Shown piece by piece: positions 54,906-62,976 of a stretch of 64,000 nt of DNA; position 1 is the stretch's first letter, and each line of letters starts with the position of its first letter. A program made the position numbers and the translations under genes. The notes below the pieces were generated by a model that worked only from the letters and a program-made list of their open reading frames with translations, did not search any database and had not been told where the DNA came from. The stretch is taken from contig CADCWE010000179.1 of the NCBI GenBank assembly GCA_902806325.1, positions 4,124 to 68,123 of the forward strand, read 5' to 3'. The stretch is from an uncultured Thermomicrobiales bacterium (lineage in GTDB: Bacteria; Chloroflexota; Chloroflexia; Thermomicrobiales; UBA6265).

Positions 54906-55301
54906 TCAGCGGTCCAGCAGCTCGGTCGCGGCGTCGAGACCGGCGTCGGCCAGCGCCGAGTCGAGGTCGTCGTGCCGGGCGATCCGCTCCACCCGGCCGC
55001 CGCCGACGCGGAACGCCGTCGCGACCGGCCGCGGGGTGCCCGTCGCGCCCGTGCTCGGGTCGCGCCAGGTCGCCCGCTGCGCCACGACGACGGCGTTGCC
55101 GCGGTGGAACCACCGCTCGGGGACGAGCCGGATCCCGGCGCGGCCGACCCAATCGCGCACCACCGCGGCCCCGGTCGCGGTCCCGCGCGGTCCGACGACC
55201 GCCACGTCGTCGCCGCAGAGCGCGACCACGCGGTCGGCGTCCCCGGCGTTGAGGGCGGCGTGCCAATCTTCGATCAGTGCGATGTCGGGCGGGGTCGGCA
55301 T
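54906..55301 (-). CDS. NTF2/SnoaL-like small protein
   Basis: MPTPPDIALIEDWHAALNAGDADRVVALCGDDVAVVGPRG... is a typical SnoaL_2/DUF4440-style N-terminus. 131 aa. Confidence 0.6.
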   Translation of the reverse strand: MPTPPDIALIEDWHAALNAGDADRVVALCGDDVAVVGPRGTATGAAVVRDWVGRAGIRLVPERWFHRGNAVVVAQRATWRDPSTGATGTPRPVATAFRVGGGRVERIARHDDLDSALADAGLDAATELLDR

Positions 55302-55360
55302 GGTCGCGGCTCCCGGGTCGGTGGACGGCCAACCGAGCGGCCGCGGCGGCGCGACCTCCA

Positions 55361-56269
55361 TTATCGGTCGGGCAACGCACCGAGCGCCCGCGCGACGAAG
55401 CCGGCGTGCAGATCCCGCCAGCGGCGCTCGGTCTCGGCGTCGAGGCCCCAGCCGGAGAGGTTGCCGCAGGGCCGGAGGGCGGCGCGGAGGTCCCAATACG
55501 CCAGGCCAGACCAGTCCAGCGCGGTGAGGGATCGGTAGCGCGCGGTGAGCGCTTCCATCGCGTCGGTGCCGAAGGCGAAGAGGAACTCCAGGCGGGCATT
55601 GCCGACGTCGGCGAGGGGGTCGCCGACGCGGGCGTCTTCCCAATCGATCACCGCCGCCAGTCGGCCGTTCCGCCACAGCAGGTTCCCCGGCCAGTAGTCT
55701 CCGTGGAGCAGCGCCGGAGGGTTGGCGACCGACGGCGACCGGGCAGCGTCCAGGGCATCGCGGATCTGTCCCTCGCCCAGCGCGTCGTCCAGGACGGCCG
55801 GGCGTTCCCCGGCGTCCGATGCAAACCGAGGGAGGAACGCCAGCTCCGGCCCGCCGGGAATGGCGTGGATCGCGGCCAACTGGGCGGCGGCCTGGTTGAC
55901 ACGTCCGGCACCGCCGCCGAGGGCCATGTCTGGTGCGCCGTCCACGTACCCCTGCACCAGAAACGGGTGCGGGGACAGGGTGCCGGTTTCGTCCAGCAGC
56001 AGCGGTTCGGGGACGGGGATACCGCGGGCGTGGGCGATCCGCAGGACCGCGAACTCGTCGCGGGCCACGTTCGGGTTCTGCCTCCGGTCGAGGTCCCCGT
56101 GCTGGCGGACGACCAGCGTGGTGGGACCGGCGTCGCCGCGCGCCAGTTCGAGCGCCGTGACCGTGGCCGAGACGCCGCCGGTCAGCCGCCGGCTGCGAAC
56201 CAGCGCGGCGCCGGGCGCGAGGTGGTCGACCAGGCGGCGGAAGCGGTCGACATCGGTCGGCTCGGTCAC
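55361..56269 (-). CDS. Phosphotransferase enzyme family protein (APH/choline-kinase-like)
   Basis: LLHGDYWPGNLLW (HGD..N catalytic loop) and VIDWEDARVGDPLADV (DxE/D metal site). GTG start at 56269 is proposed. Confidence 0.75.
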   Translation of the reverse strand: MTEPTDVDRFRRLVDHLAPGAALVRSRRLTGGVSATVTALELARGDAGPTTLVVRQHGDLDRRQNPNVARDEFAVLRIAHARGIPVPEPLLLDETGTLSPHPFLVQGYVDGAPDMALGGGAGRVNQAAAQLAAIHAIPGGPELAFLPRFASDAGERPAVLDDALGEGQIRDALDAARSPSVANPPALLHGDYWPGNLLWRNGRLAAVIDWEDARVGDPLADVGNARLEFLFAFGTDAMEALTARYRSLTALDWSGLAYWDLRAALRPCGNLSGWGLDAETERRWRDLHAGFVARALGALPDR

Positions 56270-56432
56270 GGGGATTGGCCCTCTCGGCAAGCGACCGGTT
56301 GCGGCGACGAGGGTACCCGATCCGCCGACACGACATCCGCCGCCCGGTCCGGGGCGTATCCCTAGCGTCCTCCGAGTTCGGATGGGTCGCGAGTAGCTCG
56401 CCGCCGGGTGCGGCGGCAGGAGGTCGGCCACG

Positions 56433-57446
56433 ATGGATCGCCCGCTGGATCGCCGCCGCGTGCTGACGGCCCTCGGGGCCGCCGCCGTGCTCGGGGCCGC
56501 CCCGCTTCGCCTTCGCGCGGCCTTCGCTCAGGAAACCGACCCGGTTTCGCCCGCCGCCGCGATCGCCGAGGCCGCCGGGGCCTTCCTCGATGCCCTCTCC
56601 GCCGACGGGCGGAGCCGGGCGCGCTACGCCTTCGACGACCCGGAGCGGGTGCGCTGGCACTGGACGACCCCGGGCCGCGTGCCGCGCAACGGGCTGCCGC
56701 TGGCCGAGATGTCGGCGGCTCAGCGCGACCTCGCGCTCGCCCTCCTCCGGGCCAGTCTCTCAGAAGCCGGCTACGCGCAGAATCTCGCCATCACCCAATT
56801 GCAAGCGGAGCTCGGCCAGGACCCGACCCTCTACTACGCGACCGTCTTTGGCGAACCGGGCGGCGCCGACCCGTGGGGTTGGCGGTTCGAGGGCCACCAC
56901 CTGTCGCGCCACTTCACCGTCGTCGGCGACCAGGTCGCCGCCGCGCCGTTTTTCCACGGCGCCTGGCCGACCGAGACCGCCGACGGCCGCCGGGCGATGG
57001 ACCGCGAAGAAGCGGCGGCGCGGGAACTGGTCCGCTCCCTCACCGGCGCCACCCGCGACGCGGCGGTGTTCCAGGTCGAGAGCTTGAACACCCATGTCAC
57101 CCAGAACGAACCGGAAGTGGCGCCGCTGGACCCGGTCGGCGTTCGGGTCGGCGACCTCGACGGCGACCAGCAAGCCTTGGTCGAGGAGATCGTCCTCGCC
57201 TACCTCGACTCGTTGCCGGAGGCGCTGGCCAACCCGGCGCGGGAGCGCGCCCTCGGCGGCGACCTGGACGGGATCCGCTTCGGCTGGGCGGGCGGTTTCG
57301 ACCCCGGGCAGCGGCACTACTACCGCCTCCAAGGCAGGACCTTCCTCCTCGAGTTCGACAACTCCCTCAACCAGGCGACCCACATCCACAGCGTCTGGCG
57401 GGATTTCGAACAGGATTTTGGGCGGCACTTGGTGGAGGGGGCGTAA
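56433..57446 (+). CDS. DUF3500-domain protein with a Tat signal
   Basis: MDRPLDRRRVLTALGAAAVLGAAPL..., WHWTTPGRVPRNGLPL, WGWRFEGHHLSRHF, FLLEFDNSLNQATHIHSVWRD. Confidence 0.75.
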   Translation: MDRPLDRRRVLTALGAAAVLGAAPLRLRAAFAQETDPVSPAAAIAEAAGAFLDALSADGRSRARYAFDDPERVRWHWTTPGRVPRNGLPLAEMSAAQRDLALALLRASLSEAGYAQNLAITQLQAELGQDPTLYYATVFGEPGGADPWGWRFEGHHLSRHFTVVGDQVAAAPFFHGAWPTETADGRRAMDREEAAARELVRSLTGATRDAAVFQVESLNTHVTQNEPEVAPLDPVGVRVGDLDGDQQALVEEIVLAYLDSLPEALANPARERALGGDLDGIRFGWAGGFDPGQRHYYRLQGRTFLLEFDNSLNQATHIHSVWRDFEQDFGRHLVEGA

Positions 57447-57474
57447 TCCCCTGCGACGCTGCTTTGCCCGACAA

Positions 57475-57569
57475 GTCATGCTGAGCGAAGCGACGAATCT
57501 TCTGCCCGCGAGCGGCGTTCTCGTTCGGAAACGACGACAAACGAGGTTCTTCGCCTCGCTCAGCATGAC
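57475..57569. repeat. Palindromic repetitive element of the LSEAK/SLSMT type (MITE/REP-like)
   Basis: Arms gtcatgctgagcgaagcgacgaa (57475-57497) and ttcttcgcctcgctcagcatgac (57547-57569), with 2 mismatches, plus an inner ctcgtt/aacgag stem. The arms translate to the spurious peptides MLSEAKNL and ASLSMT. Confidence 0.7.
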
Positions 57570-57718
57570 CTCCAGATGGGGGGTTGGCGCCGCTTGGTGA
57601 CGGGCGGGAACGATTTTCTCACCCAGAATGGTGCAGTTGTGACCAACCATCGCTACACTAGGAGAACGCGAGAACGGGGCAGAGGCGTCGGATCGGGCGC
57701 GGGCAAGGGGACACGACG

Positions 57719-60700
57719 GTGGGGCAAGACGAGTACCCGGTTCCGGCGCCCGGCGGCGGTGCCCCGCGCCAGATTTCCCCGACCGACGTCTCCCAGTTCA
57801 TCCGCCTGGACCAATGCGAACGCTACCTGCGGCTGCGCCTCCACGAACGGGTGGCCGTGCGAAACTTTCTCCGCGACTACGGGGTGGCGCCGCAGGCGAT
57901 CCCACCGCTGCTGACGCACTCCGGCAAGACCTTCGAAGATCGGATCGTGGCGGCGGTGGCGGGGCGTTTCCCCAGCTACGATCTGGTCGCCGAGCACGCC
58001 AACCCGCACGACCGCCAAGACGACAACCGGCGCGTGCTGGCCCTCGCCCGGGCCTTGCCCGCCGGGGAAACCCTGGTCGCCTTCCAACCCCGGCTGCGGA
58101 CGATCGTCGACGGGTGGGCGGTCCGCGGAGACCTCGACGTCTTGCGCCTGGAACGCGCACGAGACGGGGCGCTGTCGGCCTTGATCGTGGACATCAAAAG
58201 TTCCACCAGCGCCAAGGTCGAACACCGGCTCCAGGTCGCCTTCTACCGGGAGATGGTGGCCGCGCTCCTGGCGGAGACCGGGGTGGAACCGGATCGAATC
58301 GAGATCGGCGTCCTCTACCGGAGCGCCGCCGACGGGGCGCCGCCCCCGGACGCCGCCGACGCCGCCCGCCAGGCGCGCGAGCGGGCCGACGCCGAAACCC
58401 GGCTCGGGGTGGCGGACGGGTTCCTCGAAGTGGTCCCGGACCCGGAGGTCTACCGGGCGTCGGTGCGCGACCTGGTCACCGGGCCTGGTTCGCTCGCCGA
58501 CCGGGTCTCGGCGGCGCCGTTCGACACCATCCCGTTCCACCTCACCTACAAGTGCGACGGCTGCCTCTACAACGAGTTCTGCCTCAAACGGAGTGCCGAG
58601 ACCGACGACCTCTCCTTGCTGCCGCACCTGACCGAAGGCGACAAACGCGCGTTGCAGCGGGCCGGGGTCGGGGCGATCGGCAATCTGGTGGCCATGAAGG
58701 ACCTGCGGCGGCGGGGCACGGTCTCGGTCGACGGGGACGTGGTCGAGCGGACCGAACTGGTGCCGGCGCCCGGCCACGAAGCCCTCTCCCGGAGATTGGC
58801 CGCGACGTGGCCGGTCGGGCAGCGCCTCGACGAGCTGATCCACCGCGCCCGCCGCTACGCCGCCTGGAAAAAGCAACCGGTCGAGGCGCTCTACCACATC
58901 CCGAGCAAAGGCTACGGTTCGCTGCCCTACGCCGACGCGACCCAAAACCCGAACCTGGTCCGGGTCTATCTCGACGCCCAGCACGATTACCTGCACGATC
59001 GGATCTACCTCCTCGGCGCCCTGGTTGCCGGCAGCGAGGGCGGCGTCGAGCGGCCGGAGCGGCGGCGCACCGTGGTCGCGTTGGCCGACGGCCCGCCGGA
59101 CTCGCTGGCCGGGGAGGAAGCGCTGTTCGTGGATTGGATCGGGCGAACGCTGGCGGCGATCGCCGAGGTCGCCGCGCCGGACGCGGACGGGCGGCCGAGG
59201 GCGCCGATCCACCTGATCTTCTACAACGAGTTCGAGCAGCGGTTGCTGCTGGACGGCCTCGCCCGCCACGCCGGGGCGATCCTCGGCGCGACCCCGCTCT
59301 ACGACTTCGTCACCCAGTTGGCGGCGTTCGATTCGCCGTTGAGCACGTTCCTCGCCCAGGAGATCCGGGAGCGGAAGAACTACCCGATGGTCTGCCAGTC
59401 GTTGCAGGCGGTGGCGGCGTTCCTGGGATTCGACTGGAACCGGGGCGAGCGCTACCGGGACCTCTTCCGGGCCCGGATGTTCGATTTTTGGGGCCGCTTG
59501 GACGCCCCGGCCGACGCCGCCGCCGAGACGCCCGGCGCCTGGTACACCAACCGCGCCCGCTTCAACTCCCAGATCCCGCTGGAGTTCGCCTACGCCGCCT
59601 GGGGCGACCTGCCCACGCCGCCGGAGCGGGGCAAAGACGACGTGGCGCCGTACCGCGCCGCGACCCTGGACCTGCTGCGCGGCTTCCACGCCCGCCGCCT
59701 GGAGGCGATGGAGCACGTCGCCAAGGATTTTAAGGGGAACAGGCAGACGGAGAAGACGGCGTTCGTGCTCCCGGACCTGCCCACCTTCGAGGAGAAGGCG
59801 CGGTCGCTCGCCCACGCCTTGGACGAGTTCGTGACCATCGAGCGCCACGTTTTCCTCGCCGCCTGGAAGCGCGAACGCTTGGCGGAGCCGGAGCAGCGGG
59901 TCCTGGCCGGGCAAACCCTGGTCGTCCGCTACCGCGAGGAGGACCAAGCGCCCGGCGTCGCGGAGCAAAACCGGGACAACGAGCGGCGGCGCCAGCTACG
60001 CGACGCCTACCGCGCCGCCTGGAAGGCGGAGCATCCGGACGCGAAGCAGATCCGGCTGCCGAAGGAGCAGCGCGAGGAGTCCGAATGGTCCCAGGAGGGG
60101 ATGACGGTCCGCCTCCGCCTGGAGTGCGCCGATGTCGCCTGCGACCTCGACGAGGCGCTCGGCATCACCACGCTCAAGGCGGGCGATCGCCTCGTGCTCT
60201 CGCCGCGGTGGACCGTCGACGAGCGGTTGCCCGTGGCCGACCGGGTGTCGTTCACCCCAACCGCGAAGGCGATGCTCTACGGGTTGCGGGCCGACTTGGA
60301 TCGGATCGTGATCGACCGGGGCGACGACGGCCGGGCGGTCGCGGCCTGGGCCGAGGTGGCGCTGCGGCAAGGCTTCGGCGGTGGCTCGCGCGGCTTCACG
60401 TTCGCCACGATCCCGGCTCGCAACCGGCCGCTGGAACCCGACGCGATTTACACCCTCGACCCGGACCCGAACGACTTCTACGGCTCCTGGACCGCCACCG
60501 TCACCGAAGGGCTCGTCGACGGCGGTCAGAACACGCTCTACGCGCTGCTGGCCGGGCAGGAGCGTCCGTTGCCGCTCTGGCCGGAGGCGGGCGCGGTCGG
60601 TCAAGCCCGGTTCCTGGCCGGCCTGGACGCGCTGCACAGTGTGGGCGCCCTGCACGGATTCGAGCCGAGCAAGCGCGCCTTCATCGGGGGGCACGGGGAA

Positions 60701-62170
60701 GCGCCGCTGCTGCTGGTCCAAGGGCCGCCCGGCACCGGCAAAAGCTACTCGACCGCCTTCGCGATCCTGGCCCGGATCCAGGGCGCGATGGCCGCCGGGC
60801 GGGATTTCCGGGCCGTCGTCTCCTGCAAAACGCACGCGGCGACCGACGTCCTGCTGGGCAACCTGGTCCGGGTCCAGGAGCTGTTGGCCGGGTTGGCGGA
60901 CCAGCACCCCGCCATCGCCGCCGCGCACTTCGATCCTCGGCTGTGGGACGCGCCCCTGTTCCGGGTGGCGCCGCGCGGGGACGCGCCGGCCGGGACGACG
61001 GCGCTGCCGCGGGAGCGCGACCGGACGCCGGACCAACCGAAGGCGACCGAGGCGATCCAGGCCGCGCGCTGGTGCGTCGCCGCCGCGACGCCGGGCGGCG
61101 TCTTCGGGCTCATCAAGGACCGCTGGGCGAAGGATCTCTTCGGCCATCCCCTGGCCGACTGCCTGGTGCTGGACGAGGCGTCGCAGATGAACCTGCCGGA
61201 GGCGGCGATGGCGGCGTTGCCGCTGGCGCCGGACGGGCGGCTGATCGTGGTCGGCGACCACCGCCAGATGCCGCCGATCGTCAAGCACGACTGGGCCAGC
61301 GAGCCGCGGCGCACCTTTCAAGAGTTCCGCTCCTACGAGTCGTTGTTCGAGACCCTGCTGCCGTTAAACCCGCCGATGATCAAGTTCGAGGAAAGCTTCC
61401 GCCTCCACGCCGACGCGGCGGAATTCCTGCGCCGCGAGATCTACGCCCAGGACGGCATCGCCTACCACTCCCGGCGCCGCGACACCATCGCCGCGCTGCC
61501 AATCGCCGACCGGTTCGTGGCCGCTGTCTTGTCGCCGCACCACCCGCTGACGGTGGTGGTCCATGACGAGGCCGGCAGCCAGGTCCGCAACCCCTACGAG
61601 CAGGCCCTGGTGGCACCGATCCTGGAGGCGTTGGCCGACCCGTTGGTCTACAACCTGGGGCCGGAGCGAGGGCTGGGCGTGGTGGTGCCGCACCGCGCGC
61701 AGCGGGCAGCGCTCCAAGAGGCGGTGCCGGGATTGACGGTCCGCGACCCAACCACCGGCGCCATCTCCCTCTCGGCGGTCGACACGGTCGAGCGTTTCCA
61801 GGGCGGCGAGCGGACGGTGATCCTGGTCGGGGCGACCGAGAGCGACCGCGAGTACCTGCTGGTCTCCGGCAAGTTCCTGCTCGATCCGCGCCGCCTGACC
61901 GTGGCCTTGAGCCGGGCCAAAGAAAAGATGGTCCTCGTCGCCGCCCGCACCGTCTTCGAGGTTTTTAGTCCGGACGACGAGGTTTTTGCCCACGCTCAGC
62001 TTTGGAAAAACCTGCTCCGCCGGACGTGCACGGTGCTGCTCTGGGAAGGGGAGCGGGGCGGACGGCGGGTGCAGGTGTGGGGGAACCCGGCGTCTGAGGA
62101 GCTCGGCGGAGTGGAGGGCAGCCGGTCCGTTTCACCCGTCCAAGTGGGCGGCGGCTCGATCGCCCGGTGA
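57719..62170 (+). CDS. 1483-aa fusion: Cas4/AddB-type 4-Cys PD-(D/E)XK nuclease (TM0106-like N-terminal half), an uncharacterised middle region, and a Dna2/Upf1-like SF1B helicase
   Basis: Nuclease: C33, GDLDVL (D138/D140), VDIKSS (D158, K160), QVAFY (Q172..Y176), YKCDGCLYNEFC (C279-x2-C282-x5-C288). Helicase: GPPGTGKS (aa 1002-1009, nt 60722-60745), VLDEASQ (1150-1156), VVGDHRQMPP (1177-1186), VDTVERFQGGERTVILV (1354-1370), RRLTVALSRAK (1391-1401). GTG start at 57719. It appears monocistronic. Confidence 0.85.
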   Translation: MGQDEYPVPAPGGGAPRQISPTDVSQFIRLDQCERYLRLRLHERVAVRNFLRDYGVAPQAIPPLLTHSGKTFEDRIVAAVAGRFPSYDLVAEHANPHDRQDDNRRVLALARALPAGETLVAFQPRLRTIVDGWAVRGDLDVLRLERARDGALSALIVDIKSSTSAKVEHRLQVAFYREMVAALLAETGVEPDRIEIGVLYRSAADGAPPPDAADAARQARERADAETRLGVADGFLEVVPDPEVYRASVRDLVTGPGSLADRVSAAPFDTIPFHLTYKCDGCLYNEFCLKRSAETDDLSLLPHLTEGDKRALQRAGVGAIGNLVAMKDLRRRGTVSVDGDVVERTELVPAPGHEALSRRLAATWPVGQRLDELIHRARRYAAWKKQPVEALYHIPSKGYGSLPYADATQNPNLVRVYLDAQHDYLHDRIYLLGALVAGSEGGVERPERRRTVVALADGPPDSLAGEEALFVDWIGRTLAAIAEVAAPDADGRPRAPIHLIFYNEFEQRLLLDGLARHAGAILGATPLYDFVTQLAAFDSPLSTFLAQEIRERKNYPMVCQSLQAVAAFLGFDWNRGERYRDLFRARMFDFWGRLDAPADAAAETPGAWYTNRARFNSQIPLEFAYAAWGDLPTPPERGKDDVAPYRAATLDLLRGFHARRLEAMEHVAKDFKGNRQTEKTAFVLPDLPTFEEKARSLAHALDEFVTIERHVFLAAWKRERLAEPEQRVLAGQTLVVRYREEDQAPGVAEQNRDNERRRQLRDAYRAAWKAEHPDAKQIRLPKEQREESEWSQEGMTVRLRLECADVACDLDEALGITTLKAGDRLVLSPRWTVDERLPVADRVSFTPTAKAMLYGLRADLDRIVIDRGDDGRAVAAWAEVALRQGFGGGSRGFTFATIPARNRPLEPDAIYTLDPDPNDFYGSWTATVTEGLVDGGQNTLYALLAGQERPLPLWPEAGAVGQARFLAGLDALHSVGALHGFEPSKRAFIGGHGEAPLLLVQGPPGTGKSYSTAFAILARIQGAMAAGRDFRAVVSCKTHAATDVLLGNLVRVQELLAGLADQHPAIAAAHFDPRLWDAPLFRVAPRGDAPAGTTALPRERDRTPDQPKATEAIQAARWCVAAATPGGVFGLIKDRWAKDLFGHPLADCLVLDEASQMNLPEAAMAALPLAPDGRLIVVGDHRQMPPIVKHDWASEPRRTFQEFRSYESLFETLLPLNPPMIKFEESFRLHADAAEFLRREIYAQDGIAYHSRRRDTIAALPIADRFVAAVLSPHHPLTVVVHDEAGSQVRNPYEQALVAPILEALADPLVYNLGPERGLGVVVPHRAQRAALQEAVPGLTVRDPTTGAISLSAVDTVERFQGGERTVILVGATESDREYLLVSGKFLLDPRRLTVALSRAKEKMVLVAARTVFEVFSPDDEVFAHAQLWKNLLRRTCTVLLWEGERGGRRVQVWGNPASEELGGVEGSRSVSPVQVGGGSIAR

Positions 62171-62181
62171 GGAGAGGGATT

Positions 62182-62211
62182 GGCGGGCATCGGGGCGCGC
62201 CGATGCCCGCC
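62182..62211 (+). terminator. Hairpin 12 nt after the nuclease-helicase stop
   Basis: A perfect 12-bp stem ggcgggcatcgg / ccgatgcccgcc with the 6-nt loop ggcgcg. There is no T run. Confidence 0.55.
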
Positions 62212-62322
62212 GCCCCTCCCGAATCGGACGGTGGAACGGCCCGTTCTGGTTTCCGCCGACCCGTCACTGCCCGGGCGGCACGCGCAGGCATCTCCCGATT
62301 CCGCCGAGACGGGTTTGCGCCG

Positions 62323-62763
62323 TCACCCGTATCCTCGTGGCTGCGCCGCCGGGTCCGGCACCACCGAATGGTGGGTGTGGACGGCCAGCCAGCGCCCATC
62401 CCGCCGCTCCAGGACGGCGGTCATCCGGCCGGGGCGGCGGCGCCAGTCGCCGTCGGGTCCGCGGCCCTCGGAGATCCAGGGGCAGCCGAGCCACAGTCCG
62501 TCGCCGTAGCGGGCGCAGCTTAGTTCGTCGGTCAGAAAGGTGTAGCCACGGATGCGGCCCCAGATGTGGCGCCACTGGTCGTGTTCGAGGGCGTCGAGGC
62601 CGACCGCGATCGCCGTTCGGGTGCCGAAGCCGACGACGTCGGCGGCGAAGATCGCCCGGCAGCGGGCGTAGTCCTCGGCCCGGACGCAGGCTTCCATCTC
62701 CGTCAGCCAGGCACGGGCGATGCCGTTGGCCGTTTCGGCGTGGTCCATCGGGGCATCGGTCAT
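62323..62763 (-). CDS. SnoaL/NTF2-like (DUF4440-type) small protein
   Basis: MTDAPMDHAETANGIARAWLTEMEACVRAEDYARCRAIFAADVVGFGT...TAVLERRDGRWLAVHTHHS. The rest of the 486-aa track ORF is a shadow of the moeB-like gene. Confidence 0.6.
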   Translation of the reverse strand: MTDAPMDHAETANGIARAWLTEMEACVRAEDYARCRAIFAADVVGFGTRTAIAVGLDALEHDQWRHIWGRIRGYTFLTDELSCARYGDGLWLGCPWISEGRGPDGDWRRRPGRMTAVLERRDGRWLAVHTHHSVVPDPAAQPRGYG

Positions 62764-62976
62764 AGGTCGCACTCCGGGTGCTGCTCGCGATCGCCGACGG
62801 GGACGATACCGCACGGCGGGCGTTGGCGTGCGTTCCTCGGCCCAACACGTCAGAATAGACCGATCGGGGCTGCGGCCATTCCGGGTGATGCCGGATCGCT
62901 CGTCGTCGCTTGCCTGGAGAACCGGATTCCTCACGCCGCCCGGAATGACGATTCGTCCCCCAAACGGAGGCCCCCG

